A DNA stretch of 64,000 nt from Malacoraja senta (lineage: Eukaryota): NCBI GenBank assembly GCA_038087875.1, contig JAXLNO010004436.1:186001-250000 (forward strand). The letters are read 5' to 3'. A program made the translations under genes and the position numbers. Position 1 is the stretch's first letter. Each line of letters begins with the position of its first letter. Positions 1-10,988 of the stretch are shown here, piece after piece. The notes under the pieces are model-generated. The model was not told the origin of the DNA and searched no databases. It saw only the letters and a list, made by a program, of their open reading frames with translations.

Positions 1-23
1 GGCTACGCAGTCATGCGTATATA
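1..23 (+). CDS. Possible 3' end of an upstream (leader) exon, truncated by the window edge
   Basis: Donor gtgagt at 24-29. In phase 1 it reads ATQSCVY+A|GG(R)PHTL with no stop. Only 23 nt are visible. Confidence 0.2.
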
Positions 24-384
24 GTGAGTACAGTAGAACAGTTTTCTTGTTTTTCAATCATCAATGTTCTCACTAGAATGGGCCATAAAAAAGTACTTCC
101 TGTGGAAAAAGTTCAGTAACTTGGGGAAAAAAGATTTAAAATAATTGGTCAACTAAATTGTAAAAGACAATGTAAAAAGAAAACAAATGTGATCTATGAA
201 CCAGTTCAAAGAGCTGCCTTGCCTCAGGCACCATCCACTGAATGCTGCCGAGTGGTGTATTTGTGGGATACTTTGTAGGATTGCATGGAATAAAAATATA
301 CATCAATCATAATTGATTTAAATGGCACACAGGATGCCAGGTGTTATTTACACTCTATTTGTAAACACAGAACAATGCTGCACA

Positions 385-930
385 AGGCAGGATGTACAGG
401 AAGGAACTGCTGATGCTGGTTAAAACCAAAGGTAGACAAAAAGCTGGAGTAACTCAGCGGGACAGGCAGCATCTCTGGAGAGAAGGAAAGGGTGATGTTT
501 CGGGTCGAGACCCTTCTTCAGACCCTTTGTCACTTTTTCACCTCTAGCCGTTGCCACTTACTCCACCCATCTACTTATCAAAATCTGTTCTCAAGTCCCA
601 CCAGCTCCTCGTTTTCACCCAACAAATAACTTACAATGGCCTGTTTCCTTTATCATCATTACTTTTTTGCATATCTTTCATTCGTTGTTCTTTATCTCTC
701 TACATCATTGTCTATATCTCTTGTTTCCCTGATCTCTAACTAGTCTGAAGAAGAATCTCGACCTGAAAAGTCACCCATTCCTTCTCTCCAGAGATGTTGC
801 CTGGCCCGCTGAGTTACTCCAGCATTTTATGTCTTATCACCTGTATCACTTGCCAGGATTTGTCCCAGCCCCACCTCTCTTTTTCAGCTTTCTATTACAA
901 TCAGTCTGAAGAAGCGTCTGACCCAAAACA
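385..930. repeat. Penelope-derived short repeats (pLTR-like) in inverted arrangement, with hammerhead-like cores
   Basis: Motif gctggagtaactcagcgggacaggcagcatctctggagagaagg...gtttcgggtcgagacccttcttcagac at about 440-523, with inverted copies at about 741-835 and 901-930. The same motif directly adjoins GIY-YIG remnants at 10411 and 25586. Confidence 0.7.
487..528 (-). ncRNA. Minimal type I hammerhead ribozyme-like motif
   Basis: The minus strand reads AAAGGGU-CUGAAGA-A-GGGU(CUCG)ACCC-GAAAC-AUC-ACCCUUU: conserved core, stem II tetraloop hairpin and 7-bp stem I. The cleavage triplet is AUC here, versus GUC at 5070-5077; this is consistent with CpG decay. Activity is untested. Confidence 0.55.
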
Positions 931-1673
931 TCATCTGTCCATTACAGATTGCAGGACTACGTGCTGAGGGACTCACTGGAGCTTGGTGCAGCCAACACCA
1001 AGGCTCAGTGGAGGTCTACAGTCTAGGGTCCTTCGTGGCAATACATTGGGGGCTGCAACTGGTGAAGACGCCCCTCAAACAAGGGAAGGGCTATTAACCC
1101 AGGAGGGCTATATGAGTGGCAAGGGTGCTTGATATAAGGATAGTTTGTGAACACAACCAAAAATAACCGTAATTAATTCATGTGTGGACACTGAGAATGG
1201 CAGAAAAGTCTTTTGCACTGTTCTTGTTTTGTATATATTTCATTATTCTGAATAATGTTTATTTTTGGCGGGGATAAAATCCCTCCAGATATTACCTGAC
1301 CTGCTGAGTCCCTGCAGCCCTTTGTGTTTTGCAGTGGATAGTATATATGATGTGGATGTGAATATTGGTGGTTTGATTAGTAGGTTTGCAGATGACATGT
1401 ACATTGAAGAAGGTTGTCTATGGATCCAGTGGGATACAGATTAGCTGGAGAGCTGGATGGAGCAATAGCAGAAGGAATGTAATCCAGACATGTGTGAAGT
1501 TGTGCGTGACGGCATGTCATGTTCTGGTAGGACATAAAAGGTAAGAACCTGAGGGGTGTTAATATACAGAGAGTCCTTGGGTTGCAAGTTCATAGTTACC
1601 TGAAAACGACGACAAGGATAGACAGGAAAGCAAAGAATGCACTTTGGCATGTTTGTCCACCTAGACATAGAAA

Positions 1674-3846
1674 CAGTTGAACAAAGAGGACTATGAAGGC
1701 ATGAGAGAGGAGCTGGCCAAAGTAGACTGGAAAGGGATCCTAGCAGGAATGACGGTGGAACAGCAATGGCAGGAATTTCTGGGCATAATCCGGGAGATGC
1801 AGGATTATTTCATTCCAAAAAGAAAGAAAGATTCTAAGGGGTGTAGGAGGCAACCGTGGCTGAGAAGAGAAGTTAGGGATAGAATAAAACTAAAAGAAAA
1901 GATGTATAACACAGCAAAGAGTAGCCGGAAGCCAGAGGATTGGGAAACTTTCATAGGACAACAGAAGGAAACAAAACGGGCAATACGGGCTGAAAAAATG
2001 AAGTACGAGGGGAAGCTCGCCAGGAATATAAAGAAGGACAGTAAAAGCTTATTTATATATGTGAAGGGAAAAAGAGTAGCCAAATGTGGGTACCTTGAAG
2101 GCAGACACGGGTGAAATTATTATGGGCAACAAGGAAATGGCAGAAGAGTTGAATAGGTACTTCGGATCTGTCTTCACTAAAGAAGACACAAACAATCTCA
2201 CAGATGTACTGGAGGACAGAAGATCTAAGGGGGTAGAGGAACTGAAAGAAATGTTCATTAGGCGAGAAATAATACTGGGTAGGCTAATGGGACTGAAGGA
2301 TGATAAATCCCCTGGGCCTGATGGTCTGCATCCCAGGGTCCTCAGGGAGGTGGCTCTAGAAATAGTGGACGCATTGGTGATCATTTTCCAATGTTCAATA
2401 GATTCAGGATCAGTTCCTGTGGATTGGAGGATAGCTAATGTTATCCCACTTTTCAAGAAAGGAGCGAGAGAGAAAACGGGGAATTACAGACCAGTTAGCC
2501 TGACTTCGGTGGTGGGAAAGATGCTGGAGTCAATTATTAAAGAGGTAATAATGGGGCATTTGGATAGCAGTAAAAGGATTAGTCCAAGTCAACATGGATT
2601 TATGAAAGGGAAATCATGCTTGACTAATCTTCTGGAATTTTTTGAGAATGTGACAATAAAATGGATGAAGGGGTGCCAGTGGATGTAGTGTATCTAGACT
2701 TTCAGAAAGCCTTTGATAAGGTCTCGCACGGGAGACTGGTGACTAAAATTAGAGCACATGATATTGGGGGTAAGGTGTTGACATGGATAGAAAATTGGTT
2801 GGCAGACCAGAAGCAAAGATTAGGAGTGAATGGGTCCTTTTCAGAATGGCAGGCAGTGGCGAGTGGAGTGCCGCAAGGCTCGGTGTTGGGGCCGCAACTG
2901 TTTACCATATATATTAATGATTTGGAAGAGGGAATTAGGAGCAACACTAGCAAGTTTGCGGATGACACAAAGCTGGGTGGCAGTGTGAACTGTGAAGAGG
3001 ATGTTAGGAGGTTGCAGTGTGACCTGGACAGGTTGAGTGAGTGGGCAGATGCATGGCAGAGCCAATATAATATAGATACATGTGCGGTTATCCACTGTGG
3101 CGGCAAAAACAAGGGGGCAGATTATTATCTCAATGGGGTTAGGTTAGGTAAGGAGGAGGTACAGCGAGACCTGGGCGTCCTTGTACACCGGTCACTGAAA
3201 GTTGGCGTGCAGGTACAGCAGGCATTGAAGAAAGCTAATGGAATGTTGGCCTTCATAACAAGAGGATTTCAGTATAGGAGTAAAGAGGTTCTTCTGCAGT
3301 TGTATAGGGCTCTGGTGAGACCACATCTGGAGTATTGTGTACAGTTTTGGTCTCCTAATTTGAGGAAGGACATCCTTGTGATTGAGGCAGTGCAGCGTAG
3401 GTTCAAGAGATTGATCCCTGGGATGGCGGGAGATGTCATATGAGGAAAGATTGAAAAGACTAGGGGGGATCTTATAGAAACATATAATATTATATGTTTC
3501 TATAACAGGACTGGGCAAGCTTGGGCGAGTCCAGAACCAGGGGCCACAGTCTTAGAATAAAGGGGAGGTCATTTAAGACTGAGGTGAGAAAACACATTTT
3601 CACCCAGAGAGTTGTGAATTTATGGAATTCCCTGCCACAGAGGGCAGTGGAGGCCAAATCACTGGATGGATTTAAGAGAGAGTTAGATAGAGCTCTCGGG
3701 GCTAGTGGAGTCAAGGGATATGGGAAGAAGGCAGGCACGGGTTATTGATAGGGGACGATTAGCCATGATCACAATGAATGGCGGTGCTGGCTCGAAGGGT
3801 CAAATGGCCTCCTCCTACACCTATTTTCTATGTTTCTATATAAAAT
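1674..3846 (+). mobile_element. CR1/HER1-like LINE, 5'-truncated, frameshifted ORF2
   Basis: ORF pieces 1677-2114, 2086-2688, 2661-3443 and 3521-3748 contain NYRPVSLTS, QHGF, GVPQGS, FADD and PHLEYC; 3' tail ttctatgtttcta. Confidence 0.93.
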
Positions 3847-4700
3847 TGGTGCAGGAGTAGGCCATTTGGCCCTTCAAGCCACCACCACCATTCAATATGG
3901 TCATTGCTGATCAACCAGAATCATACCCCGTTCCTACTTTCTCCCCATATCCCTTGATTTCATTAACCCTAAGAGCTAACTCTCTCTTGAATACATTCAG
4001 TGAATTGGTCTCCACTGCCTTCTGTGGGAGAGAATTCAACAGATTCACAACTCTCTGGGTGAAAAGGTTTTTCTACATCTCAATTATAAATGGCCTATCC
4101 ATTATTCTTAAACTGTGACCCCTGATTCTGGACTCCCCAACATCGGGAATATTTTTCTTGCATCTCTCCAATCCCTTATTAGTTTTCTGTTTCTATAAGA
4201 GACCCTCTCATCCTTCTGAATTCCAGTCGATTCATTCTTGTATCATATGTCAGCTCTGCCATCCCGGTAATTAACCTGGTGAACTTTGGTGGACTCCCTC
4301 AGTAGCTAGAATGTCCTTCTTCAAACTAGGCGACCAAGACTGCACAAAATACTCCAGGTGCAGTCTCACCAAGGCCCTGTATAACTGAATAGACTCTGGC
4401 ATCAAGTATAAGAGTTGAGAAATCAAACAAAACATTGGTTAGGCTGCACATGGAGTATTGTGTAGAGTTCTGGTCGCTCCTCTACTAACGTTACTGTGTG
4501 GGGATCTCTGGTCGGCGTGGGCCAAAGGGCCTGTTTCTGCAATGTATCTCTAAACCAAAAAGGATGTGATGGCATCAAAAATAGTGCAGAAGGGTTTTGC
4601 CAGGTTGTTGCCTGGAATAGAGGTCTGGTGTTATGTGAAGAGATTGGATAGGCTGCATTTATTCTCACTAGAATGCAGGAGTGAAATAATGAGGGCTATA
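3847..4700. mobile_element. CR1 3' fragments (minus 3847-4400, then plus)
   Basis: Antisense ORF MVIADQPESYPVP... matches the complement of CR1 3' ends elsewhere in the window. The plus piece encodes KGFARLLPG...RLDRL.LFSLE. Confidence 0.75.
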
Positions 4701-4710
4701 GATTGTGTCG

Positions 4711-5152
4711 GAAGGAACTGCAGATGCTGGTTTAAACAGAAGAAAGACACAAAAAGCTGGAGTAACTCAGTGGGACACGCAGCATCATTGGAGAGAAGGA
4801 ATGGGTGATATTTCGGGTCGAGACCTTTTCGGGTTGAGACCCTTCTTCAGGAAGGATCTACAGATGCTGGTTTACACCGAAGACAGACATAAAATGCTGG
4901 AGTAACTCAGTGGGACAGGCAGCATCACTGGAGAGAAGGAATGGGTGACATTTCGGGTCGACATCCTTATTCAGGAAGGAACTACAGATGCTGTTTTACA
5001 CCGAATACAGACATAAAATGCTGGAGGAACTCAGCAGGACAGGCAGCATCTTTGGAGGGAAGGAATGAGTGACGTTTCTAAACATCATCCATTCCTTCTC
5101 TCCATAAATACTGCCTGCCCTGCTGAGTTACTCCAGCATTTTGTGTCTATCG
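4711..5152. repeat. Tandem array of three Penelope-derived units plus one inverted unit
   Basis: Units start gaagga.ct.cagatgctg at 4711, 4851 and 4975 and end in a minus-strand hammerhead-like core. An inverted copy lies at about 5084-5152. Confidence 0.75.
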
Positions 5153-5609
5153 TTGGGGTATAGATAGGATAGAGAGTAACTGTCTCTTTCCTGGGGCAGT
5201 GGGGACTAGAACTGGAGGTTTAAGGTGATGGGAGAGAAATGTCAAGGGGATCTGAGCAGACGTTTCTCACCGCAGTAGTTATCTGGAATGAGCTGCAGGG
5301 GAGATGGTAGAAGCAGACATAATCACAATGTCTATAAAGCATTTGGACTTTTGGTAGGAAAGTCAGGGAGGGATAAGGGCGTAATTCATGTAATTGTAGA
5401 TAAACATCTCGGTCAGCATAGACAAGATTGGGCAAAAGGGCCTGTTTATATGCTGCAGGATTCAGTTTATTTTAAGATTCTTTCTGTGGTTTTCATGTTG
5501 CTATCTCTATTAGCCAGAATAAGCACTGAAAATGGCTCAAGCAGTCTACACCAGAGAGAACACTGCGTGAACCAAAGGAAGTGAGATATGTAAAATAGGT
5601 TCTTTAGTT

Positions 5610-5927
5610 TTTTAATTTAGATACACAGCGCGGAAACAGGCCTTTCGGCCCACCGAGTCTGCACCGGCCAGCGACTAACACGCACACTAATACTATCCTA
5701 TGCACACGAGGGACAATTTGACACATGCATCAAGCCAATTAACCTACATTCCTGCACGTCTTTGGAGTGTGGGAGGAAATCAAAGATCTCAGCGAAAATC
5801 CACGCAGGTCACGGGGAGAACGTACTAACTCCGTACAGACAGCACCCATAGTCAGGATTGAAACCGGGTCTCTGGCACTGCAAACACTGTAAGGCAGCAA
5901 CTCTACCACTGTGCCACTGTGCCGCCC
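5610..5927 (-). mobile_element. HE1/V-SINE-like SINE
   Basis: Reverse complement of the SINE at 7348: tRNA-like head gggcggcacagtgg, central core ggtttcctcccacactccaaagac, and a CR1-like tail. Confidence 0.8.
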
Positions 5928-6614
5928 TTATTGGTAACTTTGTGTGATCTCATTTTGTTAGGATGCAAATTCTATGGGAACGCTTTCTCAAAGAGATAGA
6001 TAATGATGTAGAAACAACGAACTGCAGATGCTTGTTTGTACCAAAGAGAGTCACAACGTGCTGGAGTAACTCAACGGGTCAGAGGTGTTCTACAGCATCT
6101 CTGTAGATAAAGGATGGGTAATGCTGGGTGAAGCTTCAGGTTGGGATCCTTCTTCAGACTGATGTATCGGGTTGGGACCCTTCTTCAGACTAACCCTGCT
6201 TGAGACTGAAGTAGGGTCCTGACACGAAGTGTCATCCAGCCTTTTTCTCCAGAGATGCTGCCGGTCTCGCTGAGTTACTTTAGCACTCTGTGTCTAAGGT
6301 TGATAATGAGTTGTTCAATCCTGATTTTGTGTGATGTTAATTTCTGCATGTTCACAGGGCAGACTGCGAGAGTAAACAGTTGAAAAACTAGTCTAGCAGG
6401 AAATGTGTGGTATTTGAGTAAGTGTGAATGTGGGGCCTCTCCAGTGAGACCATTGGGGAACTCCCTGACAAAGGGGGATGTGGTGAACAAGTCACCAGGA
6501 GGTCATATCAAAGCAGAAGTTAAATGTTACATTGATATTTTTAGTCTGCTCTTGTTGTACTGGCATGATGCAATCCGATTTGGACAACTTACTGTATATT
6601 GCAGCTGAAGATGG

Positions 6615-6902
6615 TATAGATATATAGCATTGGAACAGGCTCTTGAGCCCACCAAGTCCACGCTGAACAGCGATCCCCATACAGTAGCAATATCCTATAG
6701 ACTAGCAACAATTTATAATCTTTACCAAACCCTATTAAACTACAAACTCATCTTTGGAGTGTGGGAGGAAGCTGGAGCACCCAGGGAAAACCCACAGGTA
6801 GAATGTAAAAACTCCATACAGACAGCACCCATGGTCAGGATTGAACCTGGCGGTCTCTTGAGCTGTAAGGCAGTAACTCTACCGCTGTTCCACCGTGTCA
6901 CC
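6615..6902 (-). mobile_element. HE1/V-SINE-like SINE
   Basis: Same core (tttggagtgtgggagg...acagacagcaccc...gaacc) in antisense. Confidence 0.7.
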
Positions 6903-7347
6903 CTTTTGTGGGGGATCATGCAGAAGCCTCCTCGTGGCGATCCACGGAACCGACGACACGATGCTCTCTGTGACGCGTCGGGCGACCAATTCTGTCAACA
7001 TGTTGGACGACGACAGAAGCCAACAGTGAGCTACACCTCGTCTGACACACGAGCGAAAGAACCCTTGTTAGACTAATCAACTGAAGGTTACGACTTATAA
7101 ATATGATGTGATGCAACTAAATTGAGAGTGCAGCACACAAACAAGCCCTTTGACCAATCAAGTCCATACTAACTATTTTGGGACTTGATCTCTTTTTATC
7201 TTCCTGATATTTCCAATACCTACCCCTAGGTTTTATTCTTTAACGACACACGGAGCAATAAATGGTGGCCTGTGAACCAAATAACTGCCGTGACTTCCCT
7301 TTGTGGGTGGAATATCTGAATATCATATTTCCAAATGTTGATCAGTA

Positions 7348-7643
7348 AGGGCGACACGGTGGGGCAGCGATAGAGTTGCTGCCTTAAAGTGCCAGAGCCC
7401 CGGGTCCGATCCTGACTATGGCTGCTGTCTGTACGGAGTTTGTACATTCTCCCCATGACCAGTGGGTTTTCGCCAAGATCTTCGGTTTCCTCCCACACTC
7501 CAAAGACGTACAGGTTTGTAGGTTAATAGGCTTGTTATAAATGTAAATTGTCCTTCGTGTGTAGGATAGTGTTAATGTGCAGGGATCTGTGCGGACTCGT
7601 GCTGAAGGGCCTGTTTCCACACTGTATCTCTAAACTAAACTAA
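7348..7643 (+). mobile_element. HE1/V-SINE-like SINE
   Basis: A-box-like ggcgacacggtgg, B-box-like gggtccgatcc, core ttcctcccacactccaaagacgtacaggtttgtaggttaa, and (ctaaa)n tail. Confidence 0.82.
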
Positions 7644-8008
7644 AATAATCTAAGTAAGCTTGACATTTAGAATCGTGTACCGCATAGAAACAGGCCCTTC
7701 AGCCCAGCTTATCTATGCCAGCCAAGATGCCCCATCTACCCTTGACCCACCTATCTATATTTTAGCTTAGTTTAATTTATTATTAATGTCACGTGTACTG
7801 TTTTACAGTGGCAATGTTTCTTGTGTGCTATCCAGTCAGTGAAAAGACTACAATGAAGCCGTTCACAATCTATAGATACAGGATAAAGGATATCATGTTT
7901 AGTGCAATGTAAATCCAATTGGTGTTTTGCCGATTTCCCTCCAAACCTTTCCTATCCATAGAAATTTCTATTACTTGAGAATAATTGTATTATTTTATTT
8001 GTGTCTAG

Positions 8009-8269
8009 GGCCTCACACACTGATCTATTACTACACCCTGAACCACGGGAGTACTCATCTACCAGAATATAGTGTCGTGGGTGTTCTGGACGGTTGTGAG
8101 ATACAGTATTATGACAAAAACATGGTCATTACAGTTCCAAGACAGAAATGGATGGCGGCTGCATTTGACAGGAATTACTGGGTAACAAATACGGTCTCTG
8201 AAACTGGTTTCCATGGAATCATCAAAGGGCAAGTCGATGAATGGATGCGGAGGCAGAACGAAACAGCAA
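8009..8269 (+). CDS. MHC class I alpha1 domain exon (non-classical), phase 1/1
   Basis: Acceptor tttgtgtctag at 8008 and donor gttagt at 8270; 261 nt. Translates (x)PHTLIYYYTLNHGSTHLPEYSVVGVLDGCEIQYYDKNMVITVPRQKWMAAAFDRNYWVTNT...WMRRQNETA. Class I hallmarks: HxLxY, PE(F/Y), VG.(V/L)DG, YYD, PR..WM, YW, and the N86-type NET glycosylation site. Confidence 0.93.
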
Positions 8270-9147
8270 GTTAGTTCATTCATTTCACTACATTTGGAGT
8301 GTGATCAATGTTCATAAAAAAACATCTCAAAGAAATTTCTCGCTGTGCCAGAGACCCAGGTTTGATCCTGACTACACGTTCTCCCTGTGAACACAGATAT
8401 TTCCTCCAGGTGCTCCGGTTTCGTCCCATATCTTGAAAACGTGAGAGTTTGTAGGTTAATTGGGCTCTGTAAATTACTCTTGTGTGCTGAGAATGGGTGA
8501 GAAAGTGGGATTACATAGATGTGTAGGAAGGAACTGAAGATGCTGGTTTACAGCAAAGATAGGCACAATGTGCTGGAGTAACTCAGCGGGACAGGCAGCA
8601 TCTCTGGATACAAGGAATAGATGACTTTTCAGGTCAAGACCCTTCCTCAGACAGAGTGTTTCCCCTGACTTACTCCAGCATTTTGTGTCCATTTTGGGAT
8701 AACATAGAACTAGTGTGAAAGATGATCGATGGTTGGCATGGAATTGGTGGGCCGAATGGCCCGTTTCCATGCTGAGTCACTAACCTAAGAACTGCAGATG
8801 CTGCAAATGTGAAATAAAAACCAAAAATGCCGTTGTCTGATGGCTTCATTGTCAGTTTATCACCATGGAAACCTGTCATTACCTTATCAGTGATACTCCC
8901 TATGTCCAACCATGCCTCCCACTCCTGTCTGTAACTTACACATTCTCACAATTCTGAAGCATTAATTTTTTTTCTCTTTCCATAGGTTCTGTTGAACTTG
9001 CTGTGTGTTCCAGCATTTTACAAATCATTGAAATGTTGGTGGCTTTTTGAATGGTTAAAATCCCTTGCGTACCTCACCAATTGTTTTTACTTTTATTGAC
9101 AAATGTTGAAAGAAAAGTTGAGTGAAATATTTAAAGGATAACCTAAA

Positions 9148-9367
9148 TGGCATTGTGGTTCAGCCGTAGTGATGCTGCCGTAGTGCCAGAGACCCAGGGT
9201 TGATCCTGGCCTCAGGTGCTGTCTGTACATAGTTTGTACGTACTCCCCGTGACCTGCGTGGGATTTCCCCGGGTTCCCCGGTTTCCTCCCACACTCCAAG
9301 CCTGTATGCCAAAGGGGATCACTGGTCACTGTGGACTCTAAGGGCTGTTTTCGTGCTATATCTCTAA
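9148..9367 (+). mobile_element. HE1/V-SINE-like SINE
   Basis: Same core as the 7348 copy; ends atctctaaa. Confidence 0.7.
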
Positions 9368-10410
9368 ATTATCTTGGGCACCAATTGTAAAGTAAGCTGT
9401 CCAAATCCGTCTGCACCACACTTGTATATCCATATAATTTGCAATTGGACATGTTTTATATTGTAAATCAATAAGTCCTATCACCATTACTGTGTTAATT
9501 CAATGACATTCGTAGTGTACCATTGAACAAAGCAGGACTAGACGTGGGGGGACCATCGTGAGGTGGGGGGGTGGGGGGGGGGGACAAAGGAGGACCTGGT
9601 GTGGGAGACTTTATAACTTTGTCGGTGCCCTTTATGTGAAGAATCTTGACATACGTTGGGTTTACAAAACAAAGACTTTCACTGTGACTTGTCACATGTC
9701 ACAATAAAGTGTCATTCATTCATTATTTATTATTTCTGAAAACATTGCTTTTTGTTACCTCTTCGGTTACACATTAAACAAATTATATTATTAATCTTTA
9801 ACTGGACTAAAACAGTGTGAGGGTACAAACAGGGAACAATACATCAAAATATTATGCACTGGGCATAATTTCTATCAATTTTCCACATCTTGCAATATTT
9901 ATTATTATTTTCAAATTATATGTGAATACATGTGAATGACGTTTATTAGATTATCATCTGATTCAATGAACCATGTTTATTGAATCATATTGCCTTCAAA
10001 AATAAGTTTTTTTATTTGCATTATTTATGGTGCACATATTATCTGCAACATTGTTATGTTTATGAGGTTTATGAGCATATTGTCGGGGCTCAAGGGTGTG
10101 AACAAGAGGGAGAGATTGGGCAAGCCAGGGCTTTATTCCATGGAGCACAGGAGGCTGAGGGGTGATCATATAGGGGTGCTTAAAATCATGAGGGGAATTG
10201 ATAGAGTGTATGCCCAGAGCCTTTTACCCAGAGAAGGGGAATAAAATAACCAGAGGACATGGGTTTAATGTGAGAGGGGAAAGATTTAATTGGAACTTGG
10301 GACAATCTTTGTGCTCAGAGAGTGGTCAGCATATGGAATGACCTGCCAGAGAATGGAGTTGCGGCAGGTACAAATACAATATTTAATAGACACATGGACA
10401 GGGACATGCA

Positions 10411-10885
10411 TAGGTAGATAAAAGTGCTGGAGAAACTCAGCGGGTGAGGCAGCATCTATGGAGCGAAGGAAATGGGCAACGTTTCGGGCCGAAAATCCTT
10501 CTTCAGACTGATGTGAGGGTGGGGGGGAGGGGGGGGGCACAGGAAAAAGAAAGGGAAAGGTGGAGCCAGTGGGCTGAGGGAGAGCTGAGAAGGGGAGGAG
10601 AAAATAAGGACTACCTGAAATTTGGGAAGTCAATGTTCATACCGCTGGGGTGCAAACTGCCCAAGCGAAATATGAGGTGCTGCTCCTCCAATTTACGGCG
10701 GTCCTCACTCTGGCCATGGAGGAGACCGAGGGCAGAAAGGTCGGATTTGGAATGGGAGGGGGGAGTTGAAGTGCTGATCCACCGGGAGATCAGGTTGGTT
10801 GTTGCGAACCGAGCGGAGGCGTTCGGCGAAACGATCGCCAAGCCTGCGCTTGGTCTCACCGATGTAGAGCAGCTGACATCTAGAG
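10411..10885 (-). mobile_element. Penelope-like element 3' remnant (GIY-YIG endonuclease plus pLTR)
   Basis: The minus frame encodes CQLLYIGETKRRLGDRFAE...QHFNSP...KLEEQHLIFRLGSLHPSGMNIDF and is followed by the hammerhead-bearing repeat. Confidence 0.85.
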
Positions 10886-10988
10886 AGAAACGTTTTACAT
10901 AGAAACATAGAAATTAGGTGCAGGAGTAGGCCATTCGGCCCTTCGAGCCTGCACCGCCATTCAATATGATCATGGCTGATCATCCAAC

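Noticed and set aside
5460-5584. Hydrophobic ORF segment ILSVVFMLLSLLARISTENG as the class I leader
   Set aside because: The following gtgaga donor falls in phase 2 for this frame, and the phase-1 frame has a stop, so it cannot join alpha1 in frame.
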